64,000 nt of DNA from an uncultured Acidobacteriaceae bacterium (GTDB taxonomy: Bacteria > Acidobacteriota > Terriglobia > Terriglobales > Acidobacteriaceae). The number at the start of each line of letters is the position of its first letter. The first letter of the stretch is position 1. The position numbers and the translations under genes were made by a program. Under the pieces are notes generated by a model that did not search any database, had not been told where the DNA came from, and saw only the letters and a program-made list of their open reading frames with translations. Shown here piece by piece: positions 41,493 through 52,149 of this stretch. Where the stretch lies: the NCBI GenBank assembly GCA_963844905.1, contig CAWJQD010000003.1, positions 14,785 to 78,784 of the forward strand. Reading direction: 5' to 3'.

Positions 41493-42626
41493 ATGGCTAC
41501 GCAACTCTCGTTTACGGGATTCGCCTGGAAGAATCTCTGGCGCCGGCGGCTTCGTACGATGCTGACAGTGTGCGGAATCACGATAGGCATCGGCGCATTT
41601 GTAGCATTGGTGGGGTTTTCGCAAGCATTTGAGCGTGATTCGGTGCGGTTGTATACGCACGCCGGCACCGATATTGCGGTGATTCAATCCGGCTTCGTCG
41701 GCGGTTTTCTCAATCAATCCCTTGAGAGCAAGATTCAAGCCGTCCCTGACGTAGAGCGGGCGGATCCGGTGCTCTACAATCTCGTCGACCTGACGCCCGA
41801 CGTGAGTGCGCTGGTTTATGGCTGGCAGGGCAATTCGTACGAGCTTGATACGCTGACTTACCTTTCGGGCGGCCGCATTCATGACGGAAAGCCCGAAGTG
41901 ATGCTGGGTAATCTGCTCGCTGACGACGTGAAGAAGAAAGCGGGCGATACGCTTCGAATCCAGGGCACGGTCTTCACGGTGGTGGGCATCATTCATGCGG
42001 GCACGATCATTGAAGATGGCGCGATGATCATGCCGCTCGATCAGTTGCAGGCTATCTCAGGTCAGGATGGAAAGGTGACGACCTTTCACGTCAGGCTGCG
42101 ACCGGCGCCGCCGGGCGAATCGTACGACACTTACGTGAAGGATGCGGAAAAGGACATTGAGGCAGCAGTGCCGGGGGTTCACGCAGACCCGGCCGCCGAA
42201 CGGGCTGCGAATAACGTTCTGATTTCTCTGCTTCGTTCGGTTGCATGGGGAACGTCGACTATCGCTCTTTTGATCGGGATCATCGGCATTGCCAACACCA
42301 TGGCGATGTCGGTATTCGAGCGGACACGCGAAATCGGCCTTCTGCGCGCGCTCGGCTGGAAAGGCCGGGACGTCATCCTGCTTATCCTCACCGAGGCTAC
42401 AGCCTTGGGGCTGCTGGGCGGGCTTCTTGGCATAGGCGTGGGCTGGGGAGCATTGCGGGTGCTGGCGGCGCTGCCGCAAACCGCCAACGTTTTATCGACT
42501 TCAGTTCCCCCGATTCACCTGCTCGAGGCACTTTTTGTCGCAATCGCTTCCGGAATAGCCGCCGGCGCTTACCCCGCGTGGCGCGGCGCGCACCTTTCTC
42601 CGGTGGAGGCGCTGCGGTATGAGTAG
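41493..42626 (+). CDS. ABC transporter permease, MacB/FtsX family
   Basis: NLWRRRLRT, NTMAMSVFERTREIGLLRALG and YPAWR...PVEALRYE; no ATPase gene nearby. Confidence 0.92.
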   Translation: MATQLSFTGFAWKNLWRRRLRTMLTVCGITIGIGAFVALVGFSQAFERDSVRLYTHAGTDIAVIQSGFVGGFLNQSLESKIQAVPDVERADPVLYNLVDLTPDVSALVYGWQGNSYELDTLTYLSGGRIHDGKPEVMLGNLLADDVKKKAGDTLRIQGTVFTVVGIIHAGTIIEDGAMIMPLDQLQAISGQDGKVTTFHVRLRPAPPGESYDTYVKDAEKDIEAAVPGVHADPAAERAANNVLISLLRSVAWGTSTIALLIGIIGIANTMAMSVFERTREIGLLRALGWKGRDVILLILTEATALGLLGGLLGIGVGWGALRVLAALPQTANVLSTSVPPIHLLEALFVAIASGIAAGAYPAWRGAHLSPVEALRYE

Positions 42627-42694
42627 CCCAATCTTTGAAGCGCTGGCGTGGTGGAGATCGCGGCGCCGGTAGCGCTTGTCAGGAGGCTAACAGG

Positions 42695-45600
42695 ATGTGG
42701 CGAAAACGATTTCAACTCACTCTGGTGTTGCTTCTTTCCTTTGCCTTTCCACTCTTTGCCAGCGGTCCCGCGGGAACCATCACCGGGACCATCACCGATC
42801 CCAGCGGTGCGGTGATCCCGAAGGCGCGAATCGTGGTGCGCAACGAGGGAACGAATGCAACTCGCGAGGCGCAGAGCAACGGGGAGGGTGATTACACCGT
42901 TGCGCTTCTGGCGCCGGGGCGCTACAGCGTGGCCGTGGAGAGCACGGGATTTCGCCGCAGCGTGATCCACGGCGTCATCCTCGATGTGGACCAAACGGTT
43001 CGAGTGGACTTCGCCCTGGTGGTGGGCGCGGCCAGTGAGAGCGTGATTGTCAACGAGACGCCTCCCATCATACAAACCGAAACGTCAACCCTCGGGCAGG
43101 TGGTAAACAATCGCCTGGTGCAGGACTTGCCGCTCAACGAGCGCAACTTTCTTTCGTTCGCTCTGCTTGTGCCGGGGAGCGAATTACCAACGCAGGGTTC
43201 CCAGAACTCGACGCTGGGCGGCTCAATCAACGTTAACGGGGCACGCGACCAGGCGAACAACTTCCTTCTGGAGGGAGTGGACAACACCGATTCGTTTATC
43301 AACCAGTATGTTGCGCTGCCTTCGATCGATGCCATTCAGGAGTTCAAGGTTCAATCGGGCGATTATTCGGCCGAATTCGGGCGGGCCAGCGGCGCCGAGG
43401 TCAATGTGGTTCTGAAGAGCGGCACGAATTCCTTTCATGGCGGGGTTTTCGAGTTCGTGCGCAACCGGCACATGGACGCCAAGAACTATTTCGATCTCCC
43501 CGACTGCACCGCCAGTTCGGCGCCGGGCACGTGCGGCCCCATTCCGCGCCTCGATCGCAACCAGTTTGGCGGAACATTGGGCGGACCCATACGCAAGGAC
43601 AAGACATTTTTCTTCTTCTCCGACGAGCAGCTCCGCTTGCGCCAGGCAACGACCAGAGAAGCGACCGTGCCCTCGGTGAACCAATGGGCGAATGCGTGCG
43701 CCCTGGGCGAGGAGATTGGCGGGAACCCTACGCCGAATCCAGCCACGTGCAACATTGCCACCTCAATGTATCTGAATCCGGCAGGCCAGGCAGTCTACGG
43801 CCTCTATCCGGCGGCCAACGTCGGCACGGACCTGACGGATTCGAATACGTACCTTTCCGCCCCGGTCATCCGCGAATCATTGAACCTGATCTCTGCCAAG
43901 GTGGACGAGCAGGCCAGTCCCGCCGACGCGCTTTCGATCCATTACTCCGTCAGAGATGAAAACCGGTTTGATCCCTTCGATCCCCTGAACGCCTTCACAT
44001 CGCTCCCCGGTTACGGCAGTTACACGATGAATTTCGGCCAGAACGCCGGAGTGGACTGGACGCGCGTTATTCGTTCCAGCATGGTGAACGAATTCCGCTT
44101 AGGCTACAACCGGATGGGCGTCACGGTGCTGCAGCAGAGTCATGGCGAAAACATCGAGGAGCAGTTGGGCTTCCCGGATGTTCTCACCAATCCCGTCGAC
44201 CTGGGCGCTCCCAACATCAACCTGAGCGGCAACCTGAACGGCAGCCAGATCAGCTTCGACGGCATTGGCGAACCCGTGAATTACCCGCAGAACCGTCGCG
44301 ACAACACCTACCAAATCTCCGATAACCTCGCCTGGACGGTGGGCATCAACCAGCTCAATATCGGAGGCGACCTGCGGCGCATCCAGATTGGCAACTACCT
44401 GGATTTTCTGGCCCGCGGAGATTGGTTCTTCGGGGGCCAGACCATGGCAGGAATCCTGAGTGAACTCAAGGCCATGGGCGTCATTAACAATCCCACCCCC
44501 TGCACCGGGGCTCCCCCCAACGACCCAGCTACCTGCGTCCTTGGCCAGTTGCTCATCGGCGCTCCCGACTACGCCATCGCCGTCAGCGGTAGCACCTTCA
44601 ACGACATCGGGAGCCATGGCGTCAGCGCCTACATTCAGGACGATATTCACGTCATGCCGCGTTTTCTCGTCAACGCCGGGCTGCGTTACGAGTACAACAG
44701 CCCTCTGGTGGAGGCGCACAACCACTTCAGTGTTCCGGATCTTGTTTTCTGCCCCGAACCCTGTTCACTCTCGCCCCAGTTCAACCTGGCAGGGACGAAT
44801 GGTATTCCAGACGCAACTTACTTCCCGACCCGTAGAGACATTGCCCCGCGTGTTGGAATCGCGTGGCGGCCTATGAAGTCAGAGCGCTTTGTGGTCCGGT
44901 CTGCCTATGGCATCTTCTACGACGTGGCCATTGGCGACATCAATATTCTGCCGCACGGCAATCCGCCGTTCGAAAACATGGCCGCATACCTTCAAAGCCC
45001 CAACTGTCCCGGAGGACTGTGCACGGTGCAGGACCTTCTGGCCCAGACCGGACGGCAATCGGGCGTGGTGCAGGGCAACATGATCGATCCTCATTTCCGC
45101 GACGGATACATGCAGCAGTGGAACCTGGACCTGCAGTATGAGGTGGCGCCCAACTGGATGATCGACCTGGCCTATGTCGGTTCCAAGGGCACGCACCTGT
45201 CCAACGTGATCGATCGGAATCAGACTAATCCCCTAACGGGTGCGCCCTACGGCCAGTTCTCCTCGGTGCTGTACGTCGAATCGAGTTCCGCGAGCAGCTA
45301 TCACTCCATGCAGTTTCGCTCGGAAAGACGCGTAAGCCACGGCCTGGCATTCCTCGCTGCCTATACCTGGTCCCGGTCGATTGACGATGTCTCCTCCGTC
45401 TTCGCCGGAAGTGTGGGTTCAGGGCTGCCCCAGAATTCGCAGGACCTGAGCGCAGATCGCGGCCCTTCGGACTTTAACGCCACGCACCGCGTGTCCGTAA
45501 GCTCTGTGTATGACTTGCCGTTGCGCGGTCAGGGCGCCAAGGGCTCAGCCTGGAACAAAGCGCTGCTGGATGACTGGCAGGCGAGCGGCATCTTCTCGGC

Positions 45601-46123
45601 GCAGTCGGGATCGCCCTTTACTGTGGTTTTGGCGGGTTCACCCACCGCCTCCGCCGCAGCCTTTGGCAATCCGGAGCGGCCGGACCTCGTCGGTGATCCA
45701 AACAGAGCCGGAGCCGTGGCTGCTAATCCCACCTGCGTAGCGCCTACCCAGATCCGGACGCCCCAAAACTGGTTCAATCAGTGTGCCTTCGCCTCGCCTG
45801 CCACCGAGGACTTCGGCCCGGCCTTCGGCACAGAAGGGCGCAACGCCCTCACAGGCCCACCCTATGCCGATCTCGATTTCTCTCTGTCGAAAAGCTTCGC
45901 GATCCGCCACGAGAGTCAACGCCTGCAGTTTCGTGGGGAATCCTTCAATCTGCTGAATCACCCCAACTTCGATGATCCATACCATGACTTCGAGCTCGCA
46001 ACCTGCGGCGCCAACAACAACTTCCTCTGCCCAACGGCAAACTTTGGCGCTGTTTTATCTTCGAACGCCTTCGGAGACAAACCGCCCCGGCAGACTCAGT
46101 TGAGCTTCAAGTACGTTTTCTGA
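42695..46123 (+). CDS. TonB-dependent receptor with N-terminal carboxypeptidase-regulatory-like domain
   Basis: AGGAGG RBS, signal peptide, GTITGTITDPSGAVIP, LPLNERNF, EFKVQSG.YSAEFG and a C-terminal aromatic residue (KYVF). Confidence 0.92.
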   Translation: MWRKRFQLTLVLLLSFAFPLFASGPAGTITGTITDPSGAVIPKARIVVRNEGTNATREAQSNGEGDYTVALLAPGRYSVAVESTGFRRSVIHGVILDVDQTVRVDFALVVGAASESVIVNETPPIIQTETSTLGQVVNNRLVQDLPLNERNFLSFALLVPGSELPTQGSQNSTLGGSINVNGARDQANNFLLEGVDNTDSFINQYVALPSIDAIQEFKVQSGDYSAEFGRASGAEVNVVLKSGTNSFHGGVFEFVRNRHMDAKNYFDLPDCTASSAPGTCGPIPRLDRNQFGGTLGGPIRKDKTFFFFSDEQLRLRQATTREATVPSVNQWANACALGEEIGGNPTPNPATCNIATSMYLNPAGQAVYGLYPAANVGTDLTDSNTYLSAPVIRESLNLISAKVDEQASPADALSIHYSVRDENRFDPFDPLNAFTSLPGYGSYTMNFGQNAGVDWTRVIRSSMVNEFRLGYNRMGVTVLQQSHGENIEEQLGFPDVLTNPVDLGAPNINLSGNLNGSQISFDGIGEPVNYPQNRRDNTYQISDNLAWTVGINQLNIGGDLRRIQIGNYLDFLARGDWFFGGQTMAGILSELKAMGVINNPTPCTGAPPNDPATCVLGQLLIGAPDYAIAVSGSTFNDIGSHGVSAYIQDDIHVMPRFLVNAGLRYEYNSPLVEAHNHFSVPDLVFCPEPCSLSPQFNLAGTNGIPDATYFPTRRDIAPRVGIAWRPMKSERFVVRSAYGIFYDVAIGDINILPHGNPPFENMAAYLQSPNCPGGLCTVQDLLAQTGRQSGVVQGNMIDPHFRDGYMQQWNLDLQYEVAPNWMIDLAYVGSKGTHLSNVIDRNQTNPLTGAPYGQFSSVLYVESSSASSYHSMQFRSERRVSHGLAFLAAYTWSRSIDDVSSVFAGSVGSGLPQNSQDLSADRGPSDFNATHRVSVSSVYDLPLRGQGAKGSAWNKALLDDWQASGIFSAQSGSPFTVVLAGSPTASAAAFGNPERPDLVGDPNRAGAVAANPTCVAPTQIRTPQNWFNQCAFASPATEDFGPAFGTEGRNALTGPPYADLDFSLSKSFAIRHESQRLQFRGESFNLLNHPNFDDPYHDFELATCGANNNFLCPTANFGAVLSSNAFGDKPPRQTQLSFKYVF

Positions 46124-46876
46124 TCGCATTCGTGCAGTCATGACGCCCTGCCGCAAGCAACGGAGACGTGCTGTGAGCTCGTACAGCACTTCTCCTCCAG
46201 GTGTATCCCGAAACCTCTAACGTTGAGTGGTGATTCTCTTGAGGAATCGCCACTTTGCACAGCAGATGCAAAAGCTACAGGTGAAGGAGAAGTGCTCTAA
46301 GCTCTACAAACTTGCGTGAGGTTCCCGATGTTTCCATGGGCCACGGCTTACGAGGCTAACTTCTCACCGCGCTCTCATCGCTCAATTGTTCAATCATCGG
46401 AATCGTGGGCGGACGTTCCTCTTGTTGCATCTCCTGCTGCGTCTTGAGCCAAGTCCAGGGGACCCGAATCCTCATTCGCGAGCTTCTGCAAACTCGGTCG
46501 CGGGAAACGGGCCGATGGTCTCAGTTGATGCAAAATCAAGAATTCACTCTTTGACGCAGTGTTGTGGTCGCATTAACGCCCAACCGTAGATTGCCATTTG
46601 CGCATTACCTGTTCCCCTTCAGCGAAAGCCGTGGAGATACTGATGCGTGAGGGCGGTAAGGGTTCCCCTCTTGCCGAAAAGTACATCCGTCTCTTTTGGC
46701 CTTGCAATTGCCTTATGAGCGATATGATTTTAGGGAACCGGTGGCGAACAAGGAGATTCCGGCTAATCCAGCCGTGATACATTTTTGAAGCGAACCAAAA
46801 GCAACGAGTTCATGCCGCCTAAATTCAGAAATTCGTGCGCTAAGGGAGGCGGCAATTTTCCAAGACGGGAGATGAA

Positions 46877-49800
46877 ATGGAGAGACGCACGTTTCTAAAG
46901 AACTCGGCAATCGGGGTCGGGACTCTAGCCGGGGTGCATAGCGGAATTTTGAAAGCAGGCGGAGAAAGTCCGTCGCATTCCCGCTATGGTGACGTGATGA
47001 CGGAAGGAAAGGAGCCACTCGTTTGGGGAACCAACGCCGTGGTTCTCAAGTCGCCATGGAGCGGTTCGCCTTCCCTGGAGGATCTTTTGTCGGACCATGA
47101 GCACACCATAGTCTTAGACCGGTTTTATCGCGTTGGCGGTTTTAACCGTCCCGCGACGCCGACCGAATGTCGCGTTGCGCACAATAGCGACGCGCTCTAT
47201 GTGGTTTTTCGTTGCGGGGAAAGCGACATGTCTTTCCCTTATGCCAATTTGGATAAGAGTTTGTGGCCGGTGGCGGATTGGCATTCGCTGCATGGCTTGC
47301 CCTCCGCGGCAAATAACTGGCCGCCCAATCCCGATGAAGTGGACTTTTTGATTCAGTCCGATGCAGGCGTTCCCTCCTATTACCAGTTTGCGGCGACGCC
47401 ACAGGGCTTGAGCTTTGGCTGCGAACGGCAGTTGAGTTTCAGTACGGATGTGGCTGCCGATGCCGCTGCAGCTGCTCGCGATTCTTCCGTAATCGTAAGC
47501 AACGTCGAAGGGTTCGAAGCGACTGTTACCAGGGGAACCGACGAATGGCTGGTTTTCTTTGAGATACCGTGGCAGACACTGGGGGGGAAGCCGAAGTCCT
47601 ATTTTGGTTTTCTGCCCATGCGTACTCGCTGGCGCGATGGCGAGTTCTGCAGTCCGGTGGCGTTTGATATCAACGAAGCGATGCCGGTTGACCTGTTGAT
47701 CGAAACTTACTTTTCGGGCGCTGCCCAAGTCCGGGATTCACAAAGCAGCCTGTGCCAGTTGCCTTCCGGCATACTTCGTTGGCAAAGGCCGGCAGTGCTG
47801 ACTTATCCCAATGTCGACACGTGCCAACAAATCTGGCAGATGGAATCATCCTTATCCACGCCGACGGATAAGAACAATCTGGCGCAGCGGCTCTATCTCA
47901 CCGAGCGCTGGATGGGATTGATGATGCTGGAAGGGTTCACTCCCCTCCCTGGCGCCTGGGATAGTCTGCTGAAGAACAACCTGACGCTGGCGCTCTTCCG
48001 GCAAAAAGTGAACGCCGCTTTGCAGAAGAATGATCCGGAGCAGGCATACAGGCTCCTGGACACTTACCTGGGCCAGCTGGATAAGATGTCCCGATGGTGG
48101 TATGCGGATGGCTCTCCGGGAGACATTCTGAAGGATGCATGGACGCCGGTCACAAGCGCGGAAAGCCTGGAGGTGCAAGGCGGTACGCTGCTGATGCGGT
48201 GCAAGGCCGGCGGCCATCAAGTTGACTTGCGCCTAGCCCTTCCCAAAACGGGCGGCATACGAATCTACGGCAGCGAGGAAGGGTACTGGAGACCGGATAG
48301 TCTATTGCCATTAAAAGCTACCCAAACCCCAGGCTCATGTTCCATAGAAACCGCCGACGGCAAGGTTGTTATCAGCGAAACACCGTTTTCGATTACTTTC
48401 TATGACGCCGCGGGAAATGAAGTAACGCAAATCGGCGCCAATCACTTAGCTTTCCGGTTCGGCCCGGACGGCAAGATACTCGCGATCGAATTCAGAAATC
48501 ATCTTTCTCCGGACGAGGTGATTTATGGTTTTGGAGAGAAGTACGATCACTTTAATCAAAATGGAAATGTGTTGACGCTTTGGGCAGCAGATGACTGGCT
48601 CGGCAACGGGGAGGGCTTGGCGAATACGACCTACAAGGCTCTGCCCATCTTTCACAGTTCCAAGGGATATCTGGTTTTTGACAATTCGTCCTATCGTTTG
48701 CGAGCAGACATCGGAAAGACGGATCCAAACCAATATCGAATTACACAACAAGGTCCGATATTCGACCATTACTTCTGGATGGGCGCGCCGGAGAAGATAT
48801 TGCAATCCTATACAGCTCTGACGGGCAGGGTTCCGCTGCCGCCCAAGTGGGTTTTCGAGCCGTGGATGGGCGGACGCGAGGGGGCATGGGCAACCGACCG
48901 GCAGCAGCGAGCGATGGCGCTGGAAGAAAGCGTCATCCGATTCGCGGAACTGGACATCCCTCACTCCGCCGCCAATCCCGCCGGCCTTTCGCCGGAATTG
49001 AATCAATTCCTGGCGGAGCGCGGGATCAGGGCTTTAGGCTATTTTTATCCCGTGATTCCGCTGGTTCGGCAGAAACAGCTTATGCCGGAACTGAAGCAGT
49101 CTGAACTTCCCTATATGCACTTCGCAAACGGGGACGCCGCCCCCGATTCCAATGACACTTACATCGATTTCACCAACCCCAACGCCTTGGAACTCTGCCG
49201 GCGGGCGTTGCGGGAGGCTTTGGACCTTGGCCAGGCCGGAAGCATGGCGGACTACGGCGACATGACACCGGATGGCGCGGTCTTTTACGACGGCCGGCGC
49301 GGCGCCGAGATGCACAATTTTTACTACTACGACTATCAACGGGCGGTCAGTGAGGTATACCAGGAGAAGCGCGGGAACGATTTCATCTTATACGGCAGAG
49401 GGGCCGCGCCCGGTACGCAAAAGTGGGAAGGCCAATTTGCCGGCGATCACCCGGCCAACTTTAACGGGCTTCAGCACGTTGTGACCGGGGCGCTGAACTT
49501 GTGCGCCTGCGGTTATTCCCTATGGGGCAGCGACCTGGGCGGATATTTTGGTTATCCGCAGCCGGCGGTGTATATGCGCTGGTTCCAATTCGGCTGCTTC
49601 AGTCCTCTGATGAGCCCGCGCGGCACGGCGCCGCGCGAGCCGTGGTATTTCAACGAAGACGCGGTGACGAACTATAAATTCCTGGCCTGGACGCGGGAAA
49701 ACATTTTGAATTACACCTACAATGCTGCTGTTATAGCGCATGAAACAGGCATTCCCATCATGCGTTCCATGCCGGTGGCCTTTCCCGATGAAGAGCAGAT

Positions 49801-50416
49801 GGCCGCCATTGGGGATCAATACATGTTCGGGCCGGATTTGCTGGTTGCGCCGGTGGTCAGCGAAGGCACGTACAGGACCATTTCGTTTCCATCCGGCGTG
49901 TGGACGAGCTTGTGGGACGGCAAAACGGTCTCCGGGCCGGTGAAGCTCAGGGTGAGCGCGCCTCTGGATACCATTCCCGTCTATCTGAAGCCAGGGGCCG
50001 TCGTGCCGGTGCAACTCAATGAAGAATTGCAATTTGGTCAAAGCATGACCAACGAACGTGTCAGCGCGCTGATTGTAACTCCCCCCAACGGGGATAAGAC
50101 CGTGACATTGGTCATTACACTGGGCGAAACTGCAAAAGTAACTGCGCAATCCAAGACTGGCGGTTTCGCTTGGACGCTAGAGAACCTTCCTGAAACGGGC
50201 TATTTGCTGGTCTACGGCACAACTGCGGCCTCCACGGTACGAGTGGATGGCGAGGTATTGCCGAAGGTGACGGCGGCCGGCTATGGCCCGATGCCGATTG
50301 GCTGGGAAGCCGACCTGGCCGGCAACCGGCTGGTGATTCACCTGCAGACACGCCGAGTCGAACAAAGCGCGCCGAAAACGAAAATTGAAGTGGACTTCAA
50401 GCCAAGCGAGAAATAG
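46877..50416 (+). CDS. Tat-exported glycoside hydrolase family 31 protein with N-terminal CBM9/DOMON-like domain
   Basis: ERRTFLK Tat motif; IYGFGEK, PKWVF.PW, ADYGD (nucleophile region), FAGD, WGSDLGGY, RWFQFGCFSPLM and QYMFGPDLLVAPV. Confidence 0.85.
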   Translation: MERRTFLKNSAIGVGTLAGVHSGILKAGGESPSHSRYGDVMTEGKEPLVWGTNAVVLKSPWSGSPSLEDLLSDHEHTIVLDRFYRVGGFNRPATPTECRVAHNSDALYVVFRCGESDMSFPYANLDKSLWPVADWHSLHGLPSAANNWPPNPDEVDFLIQSDAGVPSYYQFAATPQGLSFGCERQLSFSTDVAADAAAAARDSSVIVSNVEGFEATVTRGTDEWLVFFEIPWQTLGGKPKSYFGFLPMRTRWRDGEFCSPVAFDINEAMPVDLLIETYFSGAAQVRDSQSSLCQLPSGILRWQRPAVLTYPNVDTCQQIWQMESSLSTPTDKNNLAQRLYLTERWMGLMMLEGFTPLPGAWDSLLKNNLTLALFRQKVNAALQKNDPEQAYRLLDTYLGQLDKMSRWWYADGSPGDILKDAWTPVTSAESLEVQGGTLLMRCKAGGHQVDLRLALPKTGGIRIYGSEEGYWRPDSLLPLKATQTPGSCSIETADGKVVISETPFSITFYDAAGNEVTQIGANHLAFRFGPDGKILAIEFRNHLSPDEVIYGFGEKYDHFNQNGNVLTLWAADDWLGNGEGLANTTYKALPIFHSSKGYLVFDNSSYRLRADIGKTDPNQYRITQQGPIFDHYFWMGAPEKILQSYTALTGRVPLPPKWVFEPWMGGREGAWATDRQQRAMALEESVIRFAELDIPHSAANPAGLSPELNQFLAERGIRALGYFYPVIPLVRQKQLMPELKQSELPYMHFANGDAAPDSNDTYIDFTNPNALELCRRALREALDLGQAGSMADYGDMTPDGAVFYDGRRGAEMHNFYYYDYQRAVSEVYQEKRGNDFILYGRGAAPGTQKWEGQFAGDHPANFNGLQHVVTGALNLCACGYSLWGSDLGGYFGYPQPAVYMRWFQFGCFSPLMSPRGTAPREPWYFNEDAVTNYKFLAWTRENILNYTYNAAVIAHETGIPIMRSMPVAFPDEEQMAAIGDQYMFGPDLLVAPVVSEGTYRTISFPSGVWTSLWDGKTVSGPVKLRVSAPLDTIPVYLKPGAVVPVQLNEELQFGQSMTNERVSALIVTPPNGDKTVTLVITLGETAKVTAQSKTGGFAWTLENLPETGYLLVYGTTAASTVRVDGEVLPKVTAAGYGPMPIGWEADLAGNRLVIHLQTRRVEQSAPKTKIEVDFKPSEK

Positions 50417-50597
50417 CACGGCTTTGTATGCCGAAAGTGAATGCCGCATATCCATGCTGGTCGCAGTGCTTCGCGCCGTATGAGTCGTTGCTATCTAGCG
50501 GCCGGCCTGTGCCCCCGGGGAGCGGCCGGAGTTTCCCGGCATAGCTCAAATAACGCAAATCGCCAACTCACTTATCTATGTCCGCGGACATACAGAA

Positions 50598-50684
50598 TGA
50601 CAAATTTCCGTGTTCCGGCCGTATTACCGGCTAACCGGACAGTGCTCGAAAATCGGGGTCATGTCCGGTTGGGCGACAAACTGG
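50598..50684 (+). repeat. Direct repeat copy C (divergent)
   Basis: Shares tgacaaatt.ccgt with copy A, and attaccggctaac.gga and ggcgac.aac.gg with copy B; contains an internal aaccggaca/tgtccggtt inverted repeat. Confidence 0.55.
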
Positions 50685-50987
50685 GAGTTGGCCAATTCAG
50701 CTACTGTCAGATGCCCAACGAGCACCTCAGTTGATGCTGGGCCTGTTACCAACAATTGACCAGCGAACTTCCAGGTTGCCCGTAATCCGCCCGCTCTGCT
50801 CGGTGAGTGACTCGGGTGCGCCAGGCGGTGGGCTTACAATGTGATCGACAAGGACGGCACCTTGCTGATCCTTCTAATAGGAATGCGGAGTCAGCTTGCG
50901 CACGCGAGCTAGGCCTGAAAGGAATCGAGCGGCTTTTGCCCGCGAAGTTCGCCAATCACTCGTTGGTTTTGGAAGTGGAGAAGCAAG

Positions 50988-51815
50988 ATGAGTTACCTGG
51001 AGCGGTTGAAAGTTTTGGCCGGGAAAAAGGTGAACCTCAAGGCTGTCGACCCCTCCTTCAAGACGGCCACCAGAGCCACGAGTCTGCGGCGGAGGAAACA
51101 GAACAGTTCCAGAAGAGGCTCCGGGAACTTCAGGACCTACTTTACGCCGAGCGGCGTCTTTCTCTTCTGATCTGCCTCCAGGCCATGGACACTGGCGGAA
51201 AAGATGGCGCAATCAAGCACGTTCTGCGTGCCATGAACCCCCAGGGTTGCCGGGTGGCGGCGTTCCGTCAACCCTCCGGGGAAGAACTGGCCCACGACTT
51301 CCTTTGGCGGGCACACAGGGCTGTCCCGGCTAGGGGAGAAGTTGTGATTTTCAACCGCTCGCATTACGAAGATGTGCTGGTCGTTCGTGTCCACAATCTT
51401 GTCCCCGAAGGTATCTGGTCCAAATGATATGACCGCATCAACGCCTTTGAGAAGGGTCTCGTCGAGCATGACACCCGAGTCCTCAAGTTTTACTTGCACA
51501 TCTCCAAAGAGGAGCAACTGAAGCGTTTCAAAGAGCGGCTGGATGATCCCGCTAAGCATTGGAAGATCAGCGAATCCGACTACAAAGAGCGGGGATTTTG
51601 GGACGATTACGTGGCAGCCTATGAAGACGCCCTATCCCGGTGCAGTACCGAGCATGCGCCGTGGTTCGTTATCCCAGCTGACCATAAGTGGTTCCGAAAC
51701 CTTGCCATCGCCCGTATCGTAGTCGAACACCTGGAGACGCTGAACATGAAATACCCCAAGCCCACCGTCGATATCGAATACATTCGTCACGAGTACCACG
51801 CGGCAAAGGAAGCTC
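50988..51815 (+). pseudogene. ppk2: Polyphosphate kinase 2 family pseudogene
   Basis: QAMDTGGKDG, FNRSHYEDVL and KFYLHISKEEQ are present. There is a 1-nt frameshift near 51062 and an in-frame TGA at 51425-51427 (WSK*YDRIN); the apparent original stop is also lost. Confidence 0.88.
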
Positions 51816-52149
51816 AATTGACAGCACCCTTCATCCTTTCGTCGAAATCGTATCCCCAAGCGGACGAATTCAAGGGGCCATATATGATCCCGCCTTGTAC
51901 GCAAGAGCTTTCTTCAATGGAGCAGCGGGAAGGAGACGCGTACAAGTGTCCGAGAAATCGCTTCGGAATGGGGCAAATCGTGGCTTTTTGGTCCTGGCAA
52001 AGGCCGTGTCGCGCACGACCGGGTCTTTGGCCTTGGAACCAATGCAAAACAGATCGCGAGCGGGGGCAACTGGGCGTATATTGTCAGCGGTCCTGAAAGC
52101 AAAATGGAAATTCCGGTCAGCACAATTCGAAGAAATAGGAGTAGTGATT

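Noticed and set aside
51425-51427. Stop-codon recoding (selenocysteine, pyrrolysine or alternative code) at in-frame TGA/TAG in ppk2, the DUF3828-like gene and the Sel1 gene
   Set aside because: Both TGA and TAG terminate intact genes throughout the window, the affected genes have other lesions, and the aligned residue in ppk2 is Arg.
51688-52149. 154-aa N-terminal extension of the GH38 ORF as given by the ORF track
   Set aside because: It overlaps the ppk2 remnant; the Tat-like signal at ATG 52150 marks the real start.
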